In this document: positions 8,405-15,441 of the stretch, in pieces
How positions within the stretch are numbered: the stretch's first letter is position 1
Layout of the letters: each line of letters opens with the position of its first letter
Assembly (NCBI GenBank): GCA_963773305.1
Contig: CAVZAR010000002.1
Coordinates: 20,334-52,333 of the forward strand
Length of the DNA: 32,000 bases
Reading direction: 5' to 3'
Origin: an uncultured Pseudomonadota bacterium
Lineage (GTDB): Bacteria > Pseudomonadota > Alphaproteobacteria > Rhizobiales > Xanthobacteraceae
Made by a program: the position numbers and the translations under genes
The notes under the pieces: model-generated
What the model saw: only the letters and a program-made list of their open reading frames with translations
Told to the model about the DNA's origin: nothing
Databases searched by the model: none

Positions 8405-9661
8405 GTGACGATGAACCGTGATCGAATTTACGACGTATGCATCGTCGGTGCCGGACCGGCCGGAGCCACGTGCGCCTTCTACCTCGCCAGCCATGGGCAC
8501 GATGTCGCGCTCCTGGAACGCAAGCGATTCCCGCGCGACAAGATTTGTGGCGACGCGATCTGTGCGCAGGCACAGCTGCATCTGAAACGCATGGGCGTCT
8601 TGCAGCAGATCATCGATAACGACGAGGGGCACTTTGCAGCTGTTGGCGGCATGGTCAGCCCGCGCGGCTACAGCTACATCGCCAGCTCTGCCGAACATCT
8701 TAAATCGAGCCAAGTTATCGCTATTAAACGTATGTTTCTTGACGTGCGTATCGCGTACGCAGCTAGGTCGGCCGGCGCAAATTTGGTAGAGGATGTCGCG
8801 GTTGCCGGGGCTGATTTCGACAAAACGAGCGGAACTTGGACCGTCACAACGGAAAATGGACAGCCGCCGATTCGCGCCCGCGTGCTTGTGGCAGCCGATG
8901 GCGCGCTCTCTCGTCTTGCGCGCCGCCTCGGCTATCTCGCATCGCCGCCGGATGCGGTATGCAGCCGCGCCTATGTGCGTGCCGACTCGACGAATTTCGA
9001 TGCCGACGGCGTGGTCTATTATCCAAAGCGCCTGCTCCCGGGATATTGCGCGATCTTTCGAGAAGCGCGCGGGGAGTTGAATTTCTGCGTCTATATTATC
9101 CCGGGCGGTAAGACCGGGATCGACGATCTGCGCACTGTACATCACGAGATCTTGCACAAGGATCCGCACGTCAGCCGTGCCATTGGCCCAAAAGCCGAAA
9201 TCGATCCGATGAAAGGTGCACCATTGCGGCTCGGCGGTATTGCGCGCAGCTACGGTGACCACTTTCTTATCGTCGGTGACGCCGCCGGACATATCGACCC
9301 GCTCACCGGCGAAGGTATTCAATTCGGTATGGACGCCGCGGAATATGCCGCCGACACGCTCCATGCTGCGCTGGCGGTCGGCGACCTCAGCGCAAGTGCT
9401 TTGAAAATCTACCAGGACCGCTGGATGAAAGCTTTCGGGCGTGACTTTTCCTGGTCATCGGCGATTGCGCGCTTTTATGCGCGGTTCCCCGGTTTTCTCG
9501 ACGCCGGTGCCTTGACCTTGCAGCGGCTGGGCCCACCTTTTCTGGCCGAATGGGCGCAGATCATGACCGGAGCTAGGCCAAAGACGGATTTCTTCAAGCC
9601 GGGAGTGTTCGCGCCGATCATGCGCGATTTTGTGTCCTTGCACTTGAGATCCGCGGCATGA
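8405..9661 (+). CDS. Geranylgeranyl-reductase-family FAD-dependent oxidoreductase
   Basis: YDVCIVGAGPAGATCAFYLASHGHDVALLERKRFPRDKICGDAI is the classic GGR-family N-terminus, and GDAAGHIDPLTGEGI is the second FAD motif. Start is GTG 8405 or ATG 8411. Confidence 0.7.
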   Translation: MTMNRDRIYDVCIVGAGPAGATCAFYLASHGHDVALLERKRFPRDKICGDAICAQAQLHLKRMGVLQQIIDNDEGHFAAVGGMVSPRGYSYIASSAEHLKSSQVIAIKRMFLDVRIAYAARSAGANLVEDVAVAGADFDKTSGTWTVTTENGQPPIRARVLVAADGALSRLARRLGYLASPPDAVCSRAYVRADSTNFDADGVVYYPKRLLPGYCAIFREARGELNFCVYIIPGGKTGIDDLRTVHHEILHKDPHVSRAIGPKAEIDPMKGAPLRLGGIARSYGDHFLIVGDAAGHIDPLTGEGIQFGMDAAEYAADTLHAALAVGDLSASALKIYQDRWMKAFGRDFSWSSAIARFYARFPGFLDAGALTLQRLGPPFLAEWAQIMTGARPKTDFFKPGVFAPIMRDFVSLHLRSAA

Positions 9662-10686
9662 ACGCGCAAGACAAACGCGGCAACCCGGGCATTGCGCAAT
9701 TGCTATCGTCGAATTCTGATCGCAACGGCGTCGAGGCGGCGGTTACCGACTATCTGGCGCATTACCACGGCACGCTCGCCGACCGCCAGTCGGCCTATGC
9801 GGACGTGGTGAACGGCTACTTCGACCTTGCGACCGACTTTTATGAGTATGGTTGGGGCCAATCGTTTCACTTCGCGCAAATAGCCGCGGGCGAATCGTTC
9901 GCGCAAGCAATCATCCGCCACGAGCGTCAGCTTTTTCATAGGCTCGGAGCGCAATCGAACATGACCGTGCTTGATGTCGGGTGCGGAGTAGGCGGCCCGA
10001 TGCGGAATCTCGCGCGCCTCGCGGGGTGCAAAGTTGTTGGCATCAACAACAATGCCTATCAGGTTTGGCGTGCAAAGCAGCTGAACGCCGAGGCCGGTAT
10101 TGACGAGCAATGTCGCGTCGTGCCCGGTGATTTCATGGCCATGCCGCTCTCGGACGGCACGATGGACGGAGCATACGCGATTGAGGCAACAGTGCACGCG
10201 CCGAACTGGGGTCGCGTGTTTCGCGAGGTCTGGCGGGTGCTCAGGCCCGGCGCCTCCTTTGCACTTTACGACTGGTGTCTGACCGATGTTTTCGATGTTG
10301 GAAATCCGCACCATCAGGAAATTAAGCGACGAATTGTTGCGGGCAACGGGTTGATCGACATAGGGACGTCTAGGCAATTGCTAGAGGCGCTGGGTGGGGC
10401 TGGATTCGATCTGCTTGAACATTATGACGCTGCTGCACGAGGCGGCGCGCCGTGGTTCGAGCCGCTGGCGCCGCGCAGCGTCTCGCTCGCGGGGTTCCGC
10501 AGCTCGGCCGTCGGTCGGAAAGTGACAAACTGGTCGCTGAAGGCGCTAGAGCTGTTGCGCATCGCGCCAAAGGGTACATTCAACGTGGCAGTCTTCCTCG
10601 ATAAAGCCGCGGTTGCGCTGGTAGAGGGAGGAAGGAGTGGGATTTTTACGCCGATGTATTTCGTGCATGCCCGTAAGCCCGGTTGA
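9658..10686 (+). CDS. Sterol 24-C-methyltransferase (SMT / ERG6 family)
   Basis: SMT region-I signature YEYGWGQSFHF, SAM motif VLDVGCGVGGPMRNL, and an SMT-type C-terminus GIFTPMYFVHARKP. ATGA overlap with the upstream gene. Confidence 0.9.
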   Translation: MNAQDKRGNPGIAQLLSSNSDRNGVEAAVTDYLAHYHGTLADRQSAYADVVNGYFDLATDFYEYGWGQSFHFAQIAAGESFAQAIIRHERQLFHRLGAQSNMTVLDVGCGVGGPMRNLARLAGCKVVGINNNAYQVWRAKQLNAEAGIDEQCRVVPGDFMAMPLSDGTMDGAYAIEATVHAPNWGRVFREVWRVLRPGASFALYDWCLTDVFDVGNPHHQEIKRRIVAGNGLIDIGTSRQLLEALGGAGFDLLEHYDAAARGGAPWFEPLAPRSVSLAGFRSSAVGRKVTNWSLKALELLRIAPKGTFNVAVFLDKAAVALVEGGRSGIFTPMYFVHARKPG

Positions 10687-10689
10687 GCC

Positions 10690-11937
10690 ATGCGGGTGGC
10701 GGTCGTTGGCGGAGGTGTTGCAGGTCTCACAACGGCATGGCTACTGGCGGAAACTTGCGATGTAACGCTTTTCGAACGCGGTCCGAGGCTGGGCGGCCAC
10801 GCCCACACTGTCGACATCATGGAAGATGGAAAGCAAATTGCGATCGATGTCGGCGCGGAATTTTTCGGCAATCGGCAGACTTATCCGCGATTTCATCGTC
10901 TGCTTGACCTTCTTTCGGTGCCGACCCGTTCCTTTTCGGCGACCGCGACGGTCTATTGTCCCGAGAACGGAGACAAATTGGTACTGCCGCCGTGGCGTGC
11001 CGGCGTGGTCGACTGGTCGGCGCTGAACCTTCGTGGGCTTTTGAATCTTTTGCGCTTCGCCGAATTTTCCGCAGCGGTCGGCTTCTCGAACGAAAACGCG
11101 CTTCGGCGAGAGACGATTAAGCAGTTTCTTGAACGGAAGTCGGCGCCAGATTTTAGAGACCGTTTACTGGTGCCGTTTCTGCTTGGACAGTTCGGAATGC
11201 CGCGCGACGCATTCAACGATTGTCTTGCCTACGACACGCTTAAATACTGCATGCAGGCTGGCGCCCTTCGACTAACTGCGCCGCGAATGACGGAAGTCGT
11301 GGGTGGGACGCGGAGTTATGTCGAGGCGCTGGAGGGCGAACTGCCGCGAGAGTGTGTGGTCCGGGACGCGTTGGTCACGCGCATTGAGTCGTCCCGTGAA
11401 GGACTCTTTCTCTGCCTTGACGACGGGGAACGGTATGCGGCGGATCACGTTGTGATAACCGCGGGCGCCAAGGACGCTGCTCGCTTATGCAAGACGAGTG
11501 GGCTCGCAAATGAAGCCCGCATTTTCGGCGGTGTCGATACGTTCGAAGCTGAATTGGTAGTTCACGGTGATGCTTCGGTCATGCCTGCCGAACCGAAAAG
11601 CTGGTCGGTCGCCAATTTTCGCGCGTCCGGCGATAGCGCAGCGTTGACGGTCTGGAAGCCTTGGAAAAGTAAGACCGTGTTCCGGAGTTGGACGACCGGA
11701 AAGGGGCATACTTACCGGAGCGAACACGGCAGATTCTGCTTTCGCCATCCAGTCGGCAATTCAAAATATTATTGGGTTCAGGATGCAATCCGCGTGCTGC
11801 AAGGCACAAAGAGTATCTGGTTTGCGGGAGCTTGCGTGCAAGACAATGACTGTCACGAAAGCGCTGTTATGTCGGCGCTCGCCGTGGCGCGCAGGCTTGC
11901 ACCGGGCAGCGGTCGAATTGTACAGCTCGGTCAGTAA
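10690..11937 (+). CDS. NAD(P)/FAD-dependent oxidoreductase (amine-oxidase/CrtI superfamily, COG2907-like), function unknown
   Basis: N-terminus MRVAVVGGGVAGLTTAWLLAETCDVTLFERGPRLGGHAHTV is a dinucleotide fold plus the GGH motif typical of this family. It is the last gene of the sterol operon and starts 3 nt after the SMT stop. Confidence 0.65.
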   Translation: MRVAVVGGGVAGLTTAWLLAETCDVTLFERGPRLGGHAHTVDIMEDGKQIAIDVGAEFFGNRQTYPRFHRLLDLLSVPTRSFSATATVYCPENGDKLVLPPWRAGVVDWSALNLRGLLNLLRFAEFSAAVGFSNENALRRETIKQFLERKSAPDFRDRLLVPFLLGQFGMPRDAFNDCLAYDTLKYCMQAGALRLTAPRMTEVVGGTRSYVEALEGELPRECVVRDALVTRIESSREGLFLCLDDGERYAADHVVITAGAKDAARLCKTSGLANEARIFGGVDTFEAELVVHGDASVMPAEPKSWSVANFRASGDSAALTVWKPWKSKTVFRSWTTGKGHTYRSEHGRFCFRHPVGNSKYYWVQDAIRVLQGTKSIWFAGACVQDNDCHESAVMSALAVARRLAPGSGRIVQLGQ

Positions 11938-11979
11938 TCTCGGCTTGCGAACCGCGGGTGTACAGCAATTGAAGGGCTA

Positions 11980-13296
11980 TTATGGTTGGTCCGCCGCGGG
12001 CGAGCCGCCGGTCTTTTGCATTGGCAGAGCGGTACCCGCCTCGCAGGATGCGAGTCGGACGCCGGCTAGATAATAATGGATGGCGGCCCAAAAAGAGATG
12101 CACTGCACGACCACAAGGCTATAACGCAATGCATCCGCGCCGTGGGACGCGAAGATAAACTGGCTTAGTGCGCCGGCCATGAGGGGGCCGAGACCAAGCC
12201 CGATAAGGTTGAGGACGAGCAGAAACACCGACGACGCTACCGGCCGCAATTCGGCGCGCATGTAATTGTGCAGCACCGCCAGCGACGGCCCTACATATAT
12301 CGCCGAGCAAATGCCGGGAATGAGAAACAGCAGGAGCGCGGACAGGGTAGGTTGCACGAGCAAAGCGCCGAAATACAGCGGACGTGTTGCGACCAGGACG
12401 GCCGCCACGAGCCAAAGTGACCAGCGGAGATCGCGGCGGCGGAGCCAGTCGCACGCCACGCCGCCGAACCAGGTGCCGAAGGCGCCGCCTATTCCAATGG
12501 TGAGCGCGAGGTAGGTGCCCGCGCTGGCAATTGTCATACCATGCGAGCGCACAAAAAATGACGGCAGCCAGGTGAGTGAAGCGTAACCGGAGATGCTGGC
12601 GAGGGTAGAGGCTATGGTGACGTGGCGCAAAATGGAGCTGCGCGTCATGATGCGCAGCGTATCCCCGAAGGGCCGCGGCGAGACATTTTCGTGCGCTTGC
12701 TGCGGAGGCATGCGGCGTGCAGGCTCGCGCACGGTGAGGCGTAATAGCGCCGCTATCGCTAGGGTCATGGCGCCGGCTGCCACGAAGGCAATGCGCCAGC
12801 CATAGACTTGGCCAATAATTCCACCAAACAGGAACGCCCCGAATACCCCGACATTGACGCCAGCCGCCCAGGTGGAAAGGGCCATCGCGCGGTCGTCCGG
12901 GCCATAAAGGTCGGAGATGATGGCGTGGGAGGCGGGCATTCCGCCGGCCTCGCCGATGCCCACGCCGAAGCGCGTGAGGAAGAGTTGCGAATAGGATACG
13001 GCAAAGCCACACGCCGTGGTCATTGCACCCCAGATCAGCGCCGAGACGGTCAGTAGGCCTGTGCGATTGCCGCGGACGGCATAGAGCGCCGCCGGAATGC
13101 TCAATGCTGTATAGATGAGAGCAAATGCAAGCCCCACGAGCGCGCCGATCTGGGTATCGCCAAGCGAGAATTCATGGCGGATAGGTTCGATCAGGATGTT
13201 CATGATCTGCCTGTCGAGCTGGTTCATCGCCGACAAGCAAGCCAGGACGAAAAGCACATAATGACGCGCGGCCGGCGAACGTGCTGGCGCGGTCAT
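11980..13296 (-). CDS. MFS transporter (Spinster-like subfamily pattern)
   Basis: 438 aa with about 12 hydrophobic segments. The N-terminal LACLSAMNQLDRQIMNILIEPIRHEFSLGDTQIGALVGLAFA pattern is typical of this MFS group. The start overlaps the LysR stop (ATGA). Confidence 0.8.
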   Translation of the reverse strand: MTAPARSPAARHYVLFVLACLSAMNQLDRQIMNILIEPIRHEFSLGDTQIGALVGLAFALIYTALSIPAALYAVRGNRTGLLTVSALIWGAMTTACGFAVSYSQLFLTRFGVGIGEAGGMPASHAIISDLYGPDDRAMALSTWAAGVNVGVFGAFLFGGIIGQVYGWRIAFVAAGAMTLAIAALLRLTVREPARRMPPQQAHENVSPRPFGDTLRIMTRSSILRHVTIASTLASISGYASLTWLPSFFVRSHGMTIASAGTYLALTIGIGGAFGTWFGGVACDWLRRRDLRWSLWLVAAVLVATRPLYFGALLVQPTLSALLLFLIPGICSAIYVGPSLAVLHNYMRAELRPVASSVFLLVLNLIGLGLGPLMAGALSQFIFASHGADALRYSLVVVQCISFWAAIHYYLAGVRLASCEAGTALPMQKTGGSPAADQP

Positions 13297-14273
13297 GAGG
13301 TCGCCGTCAATCCGTGTGATTTACCGGCCGCTTCAATGCCACCGGAGGGCACGCTGCCGGTCGCATCCCACATGGCCTTTAGCATAGTTTCACGCAGCCA
13401 TTTGTGGCCGGGATCGTCGGTGTTCTTTTCGTGCCACATCATATGGTATTCGTGAGGTGAAATCGGTACCGGCAACTCGTGAATGTCCAATTGAAAAGGT
13501 TCGGCCCAACGATGGGCGAAATGGCGGGGGAGGAACGAAACCAAGTCGGTCGTCGCGACGATCGCTGGGATCGACCAGATCTTGTGGACGCTGTACACGA
13601 GCCGACGTGGTCCACCGCGCGTCGTCATGTCGCGATCGATGGTAATCTGATTCCGAAGCTCGGGGATCAAACCGACGTGCCCGAGCTTAAGAAAGGTTTC
13701 CGCGTCGAGCTTCTTCCCGATCCCGGGATGTCCGCGGCGGCACACGACGACATAGTCGATCGCGCAAATCGGAATGATGACGATTCCGGAAAGACTTGCG
13801 ATAAACGGATAACACGCCAGGTCAAGCGTCCCCGACTTGAGGTCGTCGAGGATCGTGGTCAGCGCTGCGGGTCGCGATTCGATAGTAATGCCCGGTGCTT
13901 TTTGCTCGATGATCTGCAATGCAGGGGACAACATGTGCGATTCGAGCGTGTCGACAATCACGATACGAAAATCTCGCTTGTAGGTGGCGAGATCGAGCTT
14001 GGATGGGCCTTCGATCTGGCTGCGGATCAGTTTGAGCGCGTTGCGTACGGGCTCGATCATCTGCTGCGAACGGCTGGTAGGCTTGACCCCACGGCCGGAG
14101 CGCACAAACAGGAGGTCATCGAAGTGCTCGCGCAACCGCGAGATGGCATTCGAAACCGCCGGTTGCGTCAAAGATAGCTGCTTTGCGGCGTGACTGATGT
14201 TCCCAGTGGCGTAGACCGTATCAAATACAACCAAAAGGTTAAGATCAACATTTCTTACACTTTTGATTGTCAC
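13293..14273 (-). CDS. LysR-family transcriptional regulator
   Basis: HTH region VDLNLLVVFDTVYATGNISHAAKQLSLTQPAVSNAISRLREHF followed by a LysR substrate-binding-type C-terminus. The preferred start is GTG at 14273, preceded by GGAGGA. The track's TTG start at 14345 is an alternative. Confidence 0.85.
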   Translation of the reverse strand: MTIKSVRNVDLNLLVVFDTVYATGNISHAAKQLSLTQPAVSNAISRLREHFDDLLFVRSGRGVKPTSRSQQMIEPVRNALKLIRSQIEGPSKLDLATYKRDFRIVIVDTLESHMLSPALQIIEQKAPGITIESRPAALTTILDDLKSGTLDLACYPFIASLSGIVIIPICAIDYVVVCRRGHPGIGKKLDAETFLKLGHVGLIPELRNQITIDRDMTTRGGPRRLVYSVHKIWSIPAIVATTDLVSFLPRHFAHRWAEPFQLDIHELPVPISPHEYHMMWHEKNTDDPGHKWLRETMLKAMWDATGSVPSGGIEAAGKSHGLTATS

Positions 14274-14453
14274 CGTATCCTCCACCCCAAAGTCCGAAAT
14301 ATTCAGCCGATAAATACTTTGGCGCTTTGGCGACGCAATTTTCAAGAGCCTTGCGCGCTAGGAGCGAGGCAGCGCAATCGGGGTCTGATTGCCGCGGTCC
14401 TCCGCCAGCCTCTGGCTTGCGCAAGTCTTCAATAGGACGCGCCGCGGCTGACG

Positions 14454-14816
14454 CTACTTGGCGGCGATCCAGACGCGCGCCTTGGCCGCGTCGGCGCGCG
14501 CGAAGGTGCGCATATCGCCTGGCATCAGGAAGCTGAAGAACTTCATGGTGTGCTTGATCCAGTCGACGTCGGTGACCACCGCCATGCGTTCCCAGCGCGT
14601 CAAGTGCTCCATGCCGACCTTGAAATCCTCCCAAACCGCGCCGGGCTCGATGCCGAAATCGTCACCGGTCTCGTAATAGATGCGCAGCTTGTGGCCGCTC
14701 TTGAGCGCGTCGTTCACCGCCGGCACCAGCACATTGTCGTAGTCCGCCTTGGTCACTTTGCCGCGGCAAGCGAAGGCCAGTACGTTGGCGGGAAAATCCT
14801 TCAGACGCTCGATCAT
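14454..14816 (-). CDS. STAS/SpoIIAA-like small protein (DUF3478-type)
   Basis: MIERLKDFPANVLAFACRGKVTKADYDNVLVPAV...WERMAVVTDVDWIKH matches my memory of this family. The ATG at 14816 was chosen because the upstream 85 codons of the track ORF look non-coding. Confidence 0.6.
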   Translation of the reverse strand: MIERLKDFPANVLAFACRGKVTKADYDNVLVPAVNDALKSGHKLRIYYETGDDFGIEPGAVWEDFKVGMEHLTRWERMAVVTDVDWIKHTMKFFSFLMPGDMRTFARADAAKARVWIAAK

Positions 14817-15015
14817 GATCCTCTCCGTCGAAAAAGCGGCCGGCCTGGCGGTTGAATGCCTGACCCTAGCCGCGTAAGGCGGCGAGACATTGATCGAGCT
14901 CAAAGAATTACGGCAAAAAGCCGGGATTCCCAGGGGCCCAAGCACGAGCCCCGTCGCCTTCACATACCGCGGCTTTGGGTTAGGATGCGCGCCCGCCAAC
15001 CGAAAGAAGCGCCGC

Positions 15016-15438
15016 ATGCCAGCTCCGTTTCCGCTGCCCGCCAAGCTCAGTGCCGACCTCGCCGGCGTCAAGGCCTACTGGGAGGACCTCAAGCGTGCCG
15101 GCAACGAGATGCCGTTCTGGGACGACGTCAAGCCGTCGGCGCTCGGCGAGCGGGCCGACACCATCGTGCTGATCGACGTTTTCGATAGGCCGGAGCGCTT
15201 CCGTTTCAACGCGCTGGGCAAGGCGCTGGCGCGGCGCTATGGCGAGCCGCTCGCCAGCAAGTTCCTGGAGGAACTGACCTTGCGCGATCCGTTCGACTAT
15301 CTGCTGGCGCAGTGCAGCGCGACGGTCGAGGCGCGCGCGCCGACCTATTATGAGAGCGGCGGGGTTGCGCGCCTGCTGCTGCCGATGTGGGGCGACGGCC
15401 GCATCGGCATGCTGCTGGGCGCGGTGGAGTGGGCGTGA
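15016..15438 (+). CDS. Small PAS-like protein (PAS_5/DUF1457-type)
   Basis: The YWEDLKRAGNEMPFWDDVKPSALGERADTIVLIDV...RFRFNALGKAL pattern is typical of the alphaproteobacterial single PAS_5 proteins. ATG at 15016 chosen (MPAPFPLPAKL). Confidence 0.5.
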   Translation: MPAPFPLPAKLSADLAGVKAYWEDLKRAGNEMPFWDDVKPSALGERADTIVLIDVFDRPERFRFNALGKALARRYGEPLASKFLEELTLRDPFDYLLAQCSATVEARAPTYYESGGVARLLLPMWGDGRIGMLLGAVEWA

Positions 15439-15441
15439 GGC

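Noticed and set aside
7406-9364. 652-aa minus-strand ORF, the longest in the track for this region
   Set aside because: It lies antisense to the ERG4/ERG24 reductase and GGR-family genes, both of which carry clear family motifs. Its translation is Arg/Ala/Pro/Gly-rich with no recognisable motif, which is typical of a high-GC shadow frame.
12119-13012. 297-aa minus-strand alternative frame inside the MFS gene
   Set aside because: It is on the same strand but in a different frame from the clearly polytopic MFS reading, and it is Arg/His/Pro-rich nonsense.
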